Source: Dehalococcoidia bacterium (GTDB lineage Bacteria; Chloroflexota; Dehalococcoidia; Lucifugimonadales; JAGWBF01). From it: a stretch of DNA of 64,000 bases. The stretch spans positions 6,768 through 70,767 of the forward strand of contig OZ219934.1 of NCBI GenBank assembly GCA_964291465.2, read 5' to 3'. Made by a program: the position numbers and the translations under genes. Below, in pieces: positions 7,968-16,683 of this stretch. The number at the start of each line of letters is the position of its first letter. Positions within the stretch are counted from its first letter, which is position 1. A model generated the notes under the pieces. That model did not search any database, had not been told where the DNA came from, and saw only the letters and a program-made list of their open reading frames with translations.

Positions 7968-7996
7968 TTGACCGCGTGAGGGGGCGGCGGTACAAT
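7968..7996 (+). promoter_or_regulatory. Sigma-70-like promoter for the VOC/glyoxalase gene
   Basis: TTGACC (7968-7973), 17-nt spacer, TACAAT (7991-7996). Confidence 0.55.
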
Positions 7997-8015
7997 ACCA
8001 GTGACTCGAAACCGA

Positions 8016-8037
8016 CCTCCTCCGGTACGGGAGGAGG
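8016..8037 (+). promoter_or_regulatory. 5'-UTR hairpin pairing an anti-SD (CCTCCTCC) with an SD-like GGAGGAGG
   Basis: Perfect 8-bp stem 8016-8023 / 8030-8037 with a 6-nt loop. It lies between the predicted promoter and the real SD (AGGAGG, 8046-8051). Confidence 0.35.
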
Positions 8038-8058
8038 CACGCCAGCAGGAGGTGTCGA

Positions 8059-8502
8059 ATGGCTACCAGGACGCAGGACTGGGCCGCAACGGAGACCAAG
8101 CCCCTGGTGAAGATTACCGAAATGGACCACATAGTCATCCGGTGCCAGGACGTGGAGAGGTCCCTCAAGTTCTACGCCGAGGTCCTGGGCATGCCCACCG
8201 AGCGCGTGGACCAGTGGCGGGCCGGGGACGTCATGTTCCCGTCGGTCCGGCTGAACGCCGACACCATCATCGACTTCTTCGCAACCAAGCAGGAGCCCAT
8301 CGGCAAGGACGGGGTCAAGAACCAGGACCACTTCTGCATGGTCATCGAGCCGCAGGACATGGACGAGCTTCGCCGCAAGTTCGAGGACCTCGGGGTGGAC
8401 ATCCAGACCGGCCCCGGCAAGCGTTGGGGCTCCCACGGCGACGGCATCTCGCTCTACATCTACGATCCCGACGACAACGTGGTGGAGCTTCGGCACTACT
8501 AG
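8059..8502 (+). CDS. VOC (glyoxalase/bleomycin-resistance/dioxygenase) family protein
   Basis: MDHIVIRCQDVERSLKFYAEVLGM ... HFCMVIEP ... SLYIYDPDDNVVEL beta-alpha-beta-beta-beta modules. Strong SD precedes ATG 8059. Confidence 0.8.
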   Translation: MATRTQDWAATETKPLVKITEMDHIVIRCQDVERSLKFYAEVLGMPTERVDQWRAGDVMFPSVRLNADTIIDFFATKQEPIGKDGVKNQDHFCMVIEPQDMDELRRKFEDLGVDIQTGPGKRWGSHGDGISLYIYDPDDNVVELRHY

Positions 8503-8571
8503 GCGCAACGGTGCTCTCCCGCCGGGGCCGCCGGGGTCCGGGCAGGGCACGCGCAGATACGGGGAAACCAG

Positions 8572-8595
8572 CAGGGGCCGCCGTAGCGGCCCCTG
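8572..8595. terminator. Bidirectional intrinsic-terminator-like hairpin between convergent VOC and comEC genes
   Basis: Perfect 10-bp GC-rich stem CAGGGGCCGC / GCGGCCCCTG with loop CGTA. It is followed by ..CATTTCTT on the + strand and ..TGGTTT on the - strand (short T tracts). Confidence 0.5.
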
Positions 8596-8630
8596 CGCCA
8601 TTTCTTGCTGGGGGCTGTCCGTGCCGCCCT

Positions 8631-11090
8631 CTAGCCGCCTGTCTTTACCCACAACCGCTCCCCGTCGCTGACGAACTCCACGTCCCCGTGAAGGGCCGTC
8701 GAGTACACGCGCTCTTCGGGCAACAGTGCCACGAGCCTCCGGAGCACCTCCGGGTGGGGGTGGCCGTAGGGATTCTCGGCGCCGGCGGATATGACCGCCG
8801 CTCGCGGCGCGACAGCGGCGAGGAAGGCGGCGGTGCTCGACGAGCGGCTACCGTGGTGGGGGACCTTCAACACCGTGCTCCCCAGGTCTTGCCCGGAACG
8901 CAACAGGCGCCCTTCGGCGCCTGACTCGACGTCTCCCGTCAGAAGGAAGCTGACGCCTCCGTGGACCAGGCGGATGACTACGCTGGCGTCGTTCAGGTCA
9001 GGAGACATGCCCGGGTGCGGAAGTCCCTCCGGGTTCAATACCCGCAGGAAGGTGGACGGCCCCAGGGCGATGGTACGGCCCTGGAGGGCCATGACCCTTC
9101 GAGGGGCCTCCTCGTCCACGGCCCTCTCCCATTCCAGGTAGAGAGCATTGGTCGAGGCCACACCGGTGTCGGCGACCGCGTCGACGTCGTACCGCGCGAG
9201 GACCGCCGGAAGGCCGCCCAGGTGGTCCTCGTCAGGGTGAGTCAGGACCACCAGGTCCAGGTCACGGTCGCGGCCGGACAGGTGTCTCCCTAGGGCCCTG
9301 GTCGCGCCCTGCACGTGGGGTCCGCCGTCTATGAGCGCCTTGGCTCCTTCGGGTGAGACGACGAGTATGGCGTCGCCCTGTCCCACGTCGAGGAAATGAA
9401 CGTGGAGCAGTCCGCCGCTCCCGCCCGCCGCCTCGTGCCACAGGACCCCGGCCAGGGCCGCCAGCCCGACGAACGCGCCAAGCATCCATGCGGATGGCAG
9501 CGCGTTCCGGCCTCCGGGAGTCCTCTTGTCCGAGCCGGCGGTCAGGCCCGCCAGCGACCTCAGCCGGCGCGCCGCCTCCCCCGGCGCTCCCATCCGCCAC
9601 GCGAGCAGCGCCAGGGTCCCATAGTAGAGCCACACCAGGAGCCCGCTGAACGCAGGCACCGGGACGGTCCCTCCCGGCGGCAGGGAGGCCAAGTGCACCA
9701 GCTTGATGAGGTATTCCAAGGGGACCCATGCCAGCCAACCCAGCACCTGCCCCAGCTCGGGATGGACCGCTGCGCCGACGGTGGCGACCAGGGAAAGCAC
9801 CAACAGTGGAGGCATGGCAGGGAGGGCCAACACGGTGGCCGGGATTCCCAACGTCGGCACCTGATGAAAGTTGAAGGCGACCAGGGGCAGCGTGGCCAGA
9901 GTGGCGGCAAAGCTCACGGCGACGGCAGCCACGCACCAGCTGGCCGGACCGCGCCACCACGGTTCGGCGCCCGGAGCGTCCCTGGGGCCGGGTCCCAACC
10001 AGGGTGCGTACCATGTGAGCAGAAGGGCTATTCCGGCCATCGCGGTAAAGCTGAGCTGGAAGGACAGGTCCCTCAGCACCGATGGGTCCTTGCCGGCCAT
10101 CACCGCGGCGGCGAGAGCCAGGGCGGGCAGAATGGTCCTAGGCCTGCCGGCCAGAATGGCCAGCAGGTACACGCTTCCCATGATGGCGGCCCTCTCCACC
10201 GACGGGGACAGGCCGCTGAGGAGGGCGTAGCCCCACATGGCCGCCAGCGGCAGGACCAGGTACACCTGCCGCCTCCGGCCCAGCGCCCACGCCCCGGCGG
10301 CCGTCGACATCACCAGGACGGTCCCCACGTGAAGCCCGGAGATTGCCAGCAGGTGGGAGGTGCCCGTATGCCGGAACTCCTCGGCCATCTCCTCGGGTAT
10401 CCTGTCCCTCAGCCCAAGGAGCAGCGCCTGGGCCAGGGAGGCCTGGGGCTCTGGAAGGGCCTCGTCCAGCTTCTGGGAGACCCGGCGCCGCGCCTCATAC
10501 AGGAAGGCACGCGCGGGGTTGCCTCCGCCCTCCTCCAGCAGGACCACGCGGTCGGGGAAGGGCATGACGAACGCGATGCCCTGGGCCTCCAGGTATCTCC
10601 GGTAGTCGAAGTCTCCCAGGTCCGGGGGGGTCTCCAGCCTGCCCTCCACCTCCAGCAGGTCACCGTACCGGAAGTAGGGAGAGTCCCCCCTTGCCATCAC
10701 CAGCTCGGTGGTGGGCCTCGCCCGCACCAACACCCGGCCCTCATCCTCGGCCCATCCCAGGCCCAGGTCCATCTCCACGACCCTCAGGGTGAACCCCAGG
10801 GCCCGGCCCGAGGTCTCCGGGTCCGTGGCGACGTAGCCCCGCAGGGCCGCCACCTGGGGCTGGGGAACGTCCAGCCTCGCCGGGTCCCCGGCGGCCTCCA
10901 CCCTGACCAGGCCCGCGACGAGGACGGCCCCCAGAAGGCCGGGCCACAGGGGCCGTCCCGCTACCCTGAGCAGGGCGACCAGGCAGGCGGCGGCCACGGC
11001 GAGGAGGACCGAGGGCCCCAGGCCCGCCTCCAGGTAGAGGCCGGCCAGGAGGCCCGCGGTCCAGGCGCCGGACAAGAGCACCAGGGTCAT
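8631..11090 (-). CDS. comEC: DNA internalization-related competence protein ComEC/Rec2
   Basis: 819 aa: N-terminal TM/OB region, polytopic competence domain, and a C-terminal metallo-beta-lactamase domain (HFLDVGQGDAILV ... THPDEDHLGG ... VPHHGS). SD GGAGG precedes ATG 11090. Confidence 0.9.
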   Translation of the reverse strand: MTLVLLSGAWTAGLLAGLYLEAGLGPSVLLAVAAACLVALLRVAGRPLWPGLLGAVLVAGLVRVEAAGDPARLDVPQPQVAALRGYVATDPETSGRALGFTLRVVEMDLGLGWAEDEGRVLVRARPTTELVMARGDSPYFRYGDLLEVEGRLETPPDLGDFDYRRYLEAQGIAFVMPFPDRVVLLEEGGGNPARAFLYEARRRVSQKLDEALPEPQASLAQALLLGLRDRIPEEMAEEFRHTGTSHLLAISGLHVGTVLVMSTAAGAWALGRRRQVYLVLPLAAMWGYALLSGLSPSVERAAIMGSVYLLAILAGRPRTILPALALAAAVMAGKDPSVLRDLSFQLSFTAMAGIALLLTWYAPWLGPGPRDAPGAEPWWRGPASWCVAAVAVSFAATLATLPLVAFNFHQVPTLGIPATVLALPAMPPLLVLSLVATVGAAVHPELGQVLGWLAWVPLEYLIKLVHLASLPPGGTVPVPAFSGLLVWLYYGTLALLAWRMGAPGEAARRLRSLAGLTAGSDKRTPGGRNALPSAWMLGAFVGLAALAGVLWHEAAGGSGGLLHVHFLDVGQGDAILVVSPEGAKALIDGGPHVQGATRALGRHLSGRDRDLDLVVLTHPDEDHLGGLPAVLARYDVDAVADTGVASTNALYLEWERAVDEEAPRRVMALQGRTIALGPSTFLRVLNPEGLPHPGMSPDLNDASVVIRLVHGGVSFLLTGDVESGAEGRLLRSGQDLGSTVLKVPHHGSRSSSTAAFLAAVAPRAAVISAGAENPYGHPHPEVLRRLVALLPEERVYSTALHGDVEFVSDGERLWVKTGG

Positions 11091-11161
11091 GGGCCTCCTT
11101 CCTCTCCTGGAGCCGGCCCCCAGGAGCGGGGCCCCGGGAGCCGGCGGTGCAGGTCCCGACC

Positions 11162-11190
11162 TTGACGGCCCTGAGTCCGGGGCCTATATT
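11162..11190 (+). promoter_or_regulatory. Sigma-70-like promoter for the NHL-repeat gene
   Basis: TTGACG (11162-11167), 17-nt spacer, TATATT (11185-11190). Confidence 0.5.
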
Positions 11191-11219
11191 GACCCAGAAC
11201 CATCGGACAGGAGGGAGAC

Positions 11220-12110
11220 ATGGCGACGGTCGGCTCCGGCAAGTACACCTACGAGCTCGTCGAGGATTGGGCCAAGCTCCCCGACGGCTGGGCCCTGGGG
11301 CAGACGGGCATCGTCACCGACTCCCAGGACCGAGTATACCTCTTCAACCGCAGCGACCACCCGTTGGTGGTCCTGGACCGGGACGGCAATTTCCTGGCTT
11401 CCTGGGGAGAGGGAGAGCTGCCGAACGCCCACGGGATGTTCATCGACTCCGAGGAAAACCTGTACATGCCCGTCAAGAACTCCCACGTCGTCCTCAAGTA
11501 CACGTCCGACGGCAGGCTGCTCATGACCCTCGGGACCTGGGACCAGCCCTCGGACACGGGTTGGTCGGGCAACTACCTGGACACGGTGCCACGAGCCGCC
11601 GGGCCCTTCAACCAGCCCGCCGACGTGGCCCTAGCCGCCAACGGCGACTTGTACATAGCCGACGGCTACGGCAACGCCCGGGTGCACCGCTTCTCCGCCG
11701 ACGGCACGCTCCTCCATTCCTGGGGAGCGCCGGGGAAGAGCGGGGCAGGCGAGTTCCACATCCCCCACGGTGTCTGGGTCCACACCGACGGCCGGGTCTT
11801 CGTGGCCGACCGGGAGAACGACCGGGTCCAGATATTCGACCCGGACGGCAGGTATCTGGACCAGTGGACGGGCTTCCGGCGGCCCTGCGACTTCTACATC
11901 GACTCCGACGGGGCCGTCTACATCCCGGAGCTGGACGCCTTCATGAGCATCGTGGACATCCAGGGCAACGTCCTTGCCCGCTGGGACCCTCCCACCCCGG
12001 GCCCCGAGGGGACGGGCGGCCACGCGGTGTGGGTCGACTCCCACGGCGACCTGTACGTCAACCGCAACCTGGAGGGGCAACGGCTGTTCAAGTACCGGCG
12101 CTGCAGCTAG
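11220..12110 (+). CDS. NHL-repeat beta-propeller protein (peptidyl-alpha-hydroxyglycine alpha-amidating lyase-like)
   Basis: Repeated units: DRVYLFNRSDHPLVVLDRDGNFL, GDLYIADGYGNARVHRFSADGTLL, GRVFVADRENDRVQIFDPDGRYL. SD GGAGGGAGA. Confidence 0.75.
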   Translation: MATVGSGKYTYELVEDWAKLPDGWALGQTGIVTDSQDRVYLFNRSDHPLVVLDRDGNFLASWGEGELPNAHGMFIDSEENLYMPVKNSHVVLKYTSDGRLLMTLGTWDQPSDTGWSGNYLDTVPRAAGPFNQPADVALAANGDLYIADGYGNARVHRFSADGTLLHSWGAPGKSGAGEFHIPHGVWVHTDGRVFVADRENDRVQIFDPDGRYLDQWTGFRRPCDFYIDSDGAVYIPELDAFMSIVDIQGNVLARWDPPTPGPEGTGGHAVWVDSHGDLYVNRNLEGQRLFKYRRCS

Positions 12111-12173
12111 AGGCCGTATGCACGTGAGCCAAGCCGGTGTGCCCACCCTGCGGCGGGCGGGTGAAGAGTAGCC

Positions 12174-13418
12174 GTGGAGGAGCGCAAGCCGGGGCCCGTC
12201 GCGGTGGCCTCCTGGGTCTCCTACGACATCGCCAACACCGTCTTCTGGGTCGGTGTCGTGGGGCTCGCCTTCCCCCTGTGGCTGACCAACGACCGGGGCG
12301 GCGACGACGCCATGTTCGGCTATACCATGTCCGCCACCATGGCCGTGGTGCTGGTGGTCTCGCCCTTCTGCGGCTCCTACTCGGACCAGACGGGCAGGCG
12401 GATCCCCCTGCTCCTGACCACGACCCTGCTGTGCATCGCCGTGACCCTGCTCATAGACACCGGCGGCACCCTCCTGTCCCTGGGGCTGTTCGCCCTTGCC
12501 CTCTGCTCCATGGAGCTGGGGACGGTGTTCTACAACTCCCTGCTCACCGAGGTGAGCACCCTCGCCAACCGGGGGTTCGTCGCCGGCATGGGGGTGGGCA
12601 TCGGCTACCTGGGCTCCTTCCTGGCCGTGGGCACAGCCCTGCTGGTATCCGACCGCTGGGGGTACGTGGCGGTATTTCGCATAGTCGCCGTACTGTTCCT
12701 CCTGTTCGCGCTGCCCATATTCCTGTTCCTGAGGGAACGGGCAGGGGACGTGCGCCCCGCCACCGTCCTCGAACGGGCCGGCGAGGCCTGGCGCCAGCTA
12801 TCGTCGAACCTGCGGAGCATGGGCCGCTTCCCGGGGCTGCGCACGTACCTGCTCGCCCGGTTCCTGTTCGGCATCGGCATCAGCACGGCCACCGGATTCG
12901 CCGTCATCTACGCCTCGGACACCATCGGGTTGACCGACCGGGAGATCCAGGTGGTCCTGGTCGCAGGCATCTCCGTGGCCATCCCCTGCGGCCTGCTCTG
13001 GGGCAGGCTGGTGGACAGGATTGGCGCGTCGACGGTCCTCGTCTCCGGGCTAGTCGGGTGGGTGGCGCTGCTGCTCATCGCCCTGGCCATCCCCGTGCTC
13101 TCCTGGACCACCGACCTGTGGTGGGCGGTGGGCCTTCTCACGGGCCTGTCCGTCTCCTGCGTGTTCACCGCCGACCGGCCCATGATCATGAGCTTCTCTC
13201 CCCCCGAGTACGTGGGAGAGTTCTTCGGGCTTCACGGGATGGTGGGAAAGCTGGCGCGGGTCGTCGGCTACTTCATGTGGGCCGCCATCTCGGTGACCCT
13301 GGGCTTCGGCCAGCCCGCCGCGGTCGTGAGCCTGGTGGTATGCCTGGTGTTGGCATGCCTGCTGCTCACGAGGCTGGCAACGCGCGCCCCGGCCCTGGCG
13401 GCCGGACCGGCGGAATGA
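12174..13418 (+). CDS. MFS transporter (UMF1/Atg22-like)
   Basis: About 12 predicted TM segments. The N-terminus ASWVSYDIANTVFWVGVV is typical of the UMF1 subfamily. GTG start; the start is uncertain. Confidence 0.8.
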   Translation: MEERKPGPVAVASWVSYDIANTVFWVGVVGLAFPLWLTNDRGGDDAMFGYTMSATMAVVLVVSPFCGSYSDQTGRRIPLLLTTTLLCIAVTLLIDTGGTLLSLGLFALALCSMELGTVFYNSLLTEVSTLANRGFVAGMGVGIGYLGSFLAVGTALLVSDRWGYVAVFRIVAVLFLLFALPIFLFLRERAGDVRPATVLERAGEAWRQLSSNLRSMGRFPGLRTYLLARFLFGIGISTATGFAVIYASDTIGLTDREIQVVLVAGISVAIPCGLLWGRLVDRIGASTVLVSGLVGWVALLLIALAIPVLSWTTDLWWAVGLLTGLSVSCVFTADRPMIMSFSPPEYVGEFFGLHGMVGKLARVVGYFMWAAISVTLGFGQPAAVVSLVVCLVLACLLLTRLATRAPALAAGPAE

Positions 13419-13445
13419 GGCCGGCGGAATGAGGGAGGTGCTCCT

Positions 13446-14180
13446 ATGACGAACAGCGGGGAAAGCACCGGGCTCATGCTCATGGTGCAGGTCAACTGCG
13501 ACCCGAGGCACTGGAGGGAGTTCAACACCTGGTACAACAACCACCTGCCCAACTTCCTCCGCATGCCCGGATACCTGTGGGCCCAGCGGTACGTGGGCCT
13601 GGACGACCCGACTCGGTTCACGGCCCTGTACGGCATACGGGGCCACGACGACCTGGACTCCCTGTACCTGTGGGACGGCCCTGCGGTCCATCCCATCGTC
13701 AAGGGCGAGTACGCCGGATTCCTGGGCCTCCAGGGCATGTCCGACCGTCTGGCCAACGTCTACGAGCAGATCAGCGGCGCGCCCCTCAGGGACCCGCTGC
13801 TGACCTCGGACCGGCCCCTGAGCCTGGTGACCGCCGACGTGGACCCGGTCTACGAGGAGGAGTGGGACCGCTGGTACACCGAGTCCCACGTCCCCAACCT
13901 GCTGAAGGTCCCCGGCTACGTGACGGCCGGACGCTTTCGGGCCCTGGACCACCCCGCCGCGCGCGGGTTCAACTCCGGACCCAAGTACCTGGCCCTGTAC
14001 GAGTGCGAGAGCGAGGACGCCATCGACCGGAACCTGCGGCGGGGGGACAACATGCACCCCGAGGCCCGGGCCGAGCTGGACCGGTGGATAAGCTACGGCA
14101 TCCCCAAGGTCAGCCGTTTCCGCTGGGGGTTCCACCGGATGATCTCCAAGCACTACAAGTGGGAGAGCGATCAGCTATAG
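13446..14180 (+). CDS. Hypothetical protein with two tandem EthD/DUF4286-like (ferredoxin-fold) modules
   Basis: Internal duplication: EFNTWYNNHLPNFLRMPGYLWAQRY..LY and EWDRWYTESHVPNLLKVPGYVTAGRF..LY. SD GAGGGAGG precedes ATG 13446. Confidence 0.6.
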   Translation: MTNSGESTGLMLMVQVNCDPRHWREFNTWYNNHLPNFLRMPGYLWAQRYVGLDDPTRFTALYGIRGHDDLDSLYLWDGPAVHPIVKGEYAGFLGLQGMSDRLANVYEQISGAPLRDPLLTSDRPLSLVTADVDPVYEEEWDRWYTESHVPNLLKVPGYVTAGRFRALDHPAARGFNSGPKYLALYECESEDAIDRNLRRGDNMHPEARAELDRWISYGIPKVSRFRWGFHRMISKHYKWESDQL

Positions 14181-14342
14181 GAAACGAGCCTCCCGGCAGG
14201 CCTAGCATGGCAGACTAGCCTACCCTGTCAAGCACATGCGCCCCCCGGAGGCGAATGGGCAGAAACAGGTTGCGGCGCTGGTGTGCGCCATGCCATACTA
14301 AATGCGGTCGAAGAAACAGTTGTGGGAGGGGACGAAGGGCCG

Positions 14343-14756
14343 ATGCCAACGGACCAGTATAAGATTCGGGCCATTGATGAGTTCTTACACTCCGCAGAGT
14401 GCTATGGCAGCCCCTGTAGCGATAAGGCACTAGCGGCCTTTTTCGACGCGATCTACGCCACTCTTACGCAGGTGAATATTGGCGACAGCGCGTTTATCGG
14501 TGCCTTCCGTGTAGTGCTCAAACACCGGGTAAGGGGGTTGCCGCCCCCAGACGTGGAGCAGGCTTGGAGACTAAATGGATCGCTCCAACAAACTTGGGTC
14601 GCTGCCGGGCATCGGCGAGAGCAAGAAGAGGGACGGCCCTTACCGGAGTGCAGCATGAGCCCACCATGCGAATTCCATCCATCACCCTCCTTTGGCCGAG
14701 AAGGCGGTTGGCGACGGCTCTCCCAGCTTTCAGACTTCTACGGGCCGATGTCCTAA
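14343..14756 (+). CDS. Hypothetical protein
   Basis: ATG 14343 follows GGGAGGGGA. The N-terminal 80 aa look protein-like (QYKIRAIDEFLHSAECYGSPCSDKALAAFFDAIYATL) but the C-terminal half is low-quality. The true end is uncertain. Confidence 0.3.
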   Translation: MPTDQYKIRAIDEFLHSAECYGSPCSDKALAAFFDAIYATLTQVNIGDSAFIGAFRVVLKHRVRGLPPPDVEQAWRLNGSLQQTWVAAGHRREQEEGRPLPECSMSPPCEFHPSPSFGREGGWRRLSQLSDFYGPMS

Positions 14757-14773
14757 TCGGGAGGGAATGCCAG

Positions 14774-15070
14774 ATGCCCAAGCACAAGATGCGCCAGGAA
14801 CAGCGCCAAGAGATTGTGTTGGACGAAGGTACTGCACCGCATTGGACGGACAATTACAAGTTGGTCAAGGTTGGCAGCCACCCTGAGAGTGGGTTTGCGT
14901 ATGCATTGAAGGAGGGGCAGACTGAGAAAGACCCCTATATCTGCCCAACCTGCGTAGAGCATGCTTCACCGTTGCAACCGATGCTAGGCGGGAGAGCCCT
15001 GCAATGCGCACGTTGCGAAACCATGATTCGTATTGGCCCCCCAGCCCCCCGATTTCTACCAGTTGTTTAG
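14774..15070 (+). CDS. Hypothetical zinc-ribbon protein
   Basis: ATG 14774 follows GGGAGGGA. The 98-aa product has CPTC ... 21 aa ... CARC, a four-Cys ribbon. Confidence 0.45.
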   Translation: MPKHKMRQEQRQEIVLDEGTAPHWTDNYKLVKVGSHPESGFAYALKEGQTEKDPYICPTCVEHASPLQPMLGGRALQCARCETMIRIGPPAPRFLPVV

Positions 15071-15211
15071 TAGCTGCGACTAGCCGCTACATGGCTCGGT
15101 CTGGCGACTCCAGGGGGCTAGACTTGCAAGAGGCGACCTAGCGCAGACAGCGTCACGGCCCGCCTAGGCCCCCACAACCCGAGCCCCCCCAGGTCGGGGC
15201 GCTTTGATCCC

Positions 15212-15421
15212 TCACTCCTTGCGCTTCCCTATGCAATCCCTGACCAATACACTTCCCTTACTTGGGTCTAGTGTCACGCCGTCGACGGTGGCGAGGATCA
15301 CGGGTCTAATGTCGAAGACATCCCTATCCAACACCAGCATTGGCGTATGGATATATCGGCCAGACAGACATTGCACTGGGAATACGGAAATCGCGGGTAC
15401 AGAGTCCCCATGTGGGCTCAT
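15212..15421 (-). CDS. Hypothetical protein
   Basis: 69-aa ORF whose ATG overlaps the stop of the upstream ORF (ATGA at 15418-15421), suggesting translational coupling. No recognisable family. Confidence 0.35.
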   Translation of the reverse strand: MSPHGDSVPAISVFPVQCLSGRYIHTPMLVLDRDVFDIRPVILATVDGVTLDPSKGSVLVRDCIGKRKE

Positions 15422-15597
15422 TGGCTGAACCGCTTCATCCAGTCACGTCTGAGTCCATCTTCCCGCCTCCTATCCAGCCATTGGTTCACGTTGAATGTAA
15501 CCACTACCCTGATAGCGATAGCCATGATGGCCAGCGCCAGCATATAGACGAGTATTCGCCACCACGGGAGGAAGAGCTGCTCCAATATAGATTGCAC
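15418..15597 (-). CDS. Hypothetical single-pass membrane protein
   Basis: GTG 15597 lies 7 nt after AGGAGG. The product VQSILEQLFLPWWRILVYMLALAIMAIAIRVVV... has one TM helix and a basic C-terminus. Confidence 0.4.
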   Translation of the reverse strand: MQSILEQLFLPWWRILVYMLALAIMAIAIRVVVTFNVNQWLDRRREDGLRRDWMKRFSQ

Positions 15598-15676
15598 CTC
15601 TTCTCCTCCTTGGGCCAAGGCTGATAACTAACCTAGGCAACGTACAACGAGTCCCTCGCCCGGACGGTTAGGGCAG

Positions 15677-15901
15677 CTATTCATCCAGCGTCTCCTCGCC
15701 GTCGTCCTCGCCATCCTCCTCCTGGCCGTCTTCGTCGACGCGCCTCGTGGCGGTACGCTCCACAGAGCCAAGGTTGGCGGCGAGAATCCCCGATGCTACC
15801 AGTGTCGGCACCACCCACACCATCTCGCCAGTAAGGTACGCGGCTGCGTAGGATGGCACCAGTACGATGGCGAGCTTCAGCAGTGTAGACCTAAGTTGCA
15901 T
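15677..15901 (-). CDS. Hypothetical two-TM membrane protein with acidic tail
   Basis: ATG 15901 opens MQLRSTLLKLAIVLVPSYAAAYLTGEMVWVVPTLVASGILAANLG followed by DEDGQEEDGEDDGEETLDE. Weak SD. Confidence 0.4.
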   Translation of the reverse strand: MQLRSTLLKLAIVLVPSYAAAYLTGEMVWVVPTLVASGILAANLGSVERTATRRVDEDGQEEDGEDDGEETLDE

Positions 15902-16683
15902 GGGTGTTCCCAACGAGGCAGCAGGCTAGCAAATGCAGGTATCCCTATGGTTCCTGTGTTGGGTGCATTCTACCACTGCGGCCGTGGTTTGACCCAAAAT
16001 CGCCACAGCGTGCGTCCACGGGGTTGAGCCGGGCTGAGTACGGGTGGGCTCGGTGTCAACCCCTTACTTCACGCTACGCACCACCAGCCAAGTCCCTATA
16101 CTGAACCCTGGCCACAGTGCCAACAGGGCCGGAATCCCCGTCGCCCCCACCAGCCAGGCGAGTAGCTTTCCGAACAAACCGCCCCAAGCAGGCTAAACGA
16201 GGATGGGTGGTAGAAAAAGGGGAGCTCCGAATGGAACTTACCAGCGTCGTCCTCGGTCTCAGTCCTACCATCGTCGCCCTGGTAGATAGGTACTGGAGCT
16301 GAATCATCAAGCGAATCCCCCGGCTGCGGCGCAGCCGTGCCGCGCCATCACCACGGCCGTACCAGACGGAATACGCCCGACTACTCCAGGAGGAACGGGC
16401 GTATCAAGCAGAGATGAGGGGGTCGTTTCACTATGTCGTGGGATGGTACCCTCCCACACCGGCGTGCGGGTGGAATGGCGGATGGTGGGATGGCATATCC
16501 ATCCCAGGCTCCGACCTGTACGGGACACGCGACAGGGCCGACCTGCTTCAGATGAAGCGGGAGCAGGACGCGCTAGAGGCCGTAGGCGGGCAGTATTCTG
16601 GGCGGAAGCCGTGTGCATGGTGCCTTGCCACGCTGAGCGGCACTTAGACCTGCAAGGGAGAAGGGGGGTCCCTGAGTAACATC

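Noticed and set aside
16020-16063. 44-nt imperfect hairpin (GGGGTTGA...TCAACCCC) in the islet as a possible ncRNA or terminator.
   Set aside because: The stem is interrupted, there is no T tract, and no adjacent gene end requires it. It cannot be distinguished from chance in GC-rich DNA.
16300-16302. In-frame TGA as a selenocysteine codon.
   Set aside because: There is no SECIS-like hairpin immediately downstream. The context is a decaying AT-rich islet and no selenoprotein family is recognisable. A nonsense mutation is simpler.
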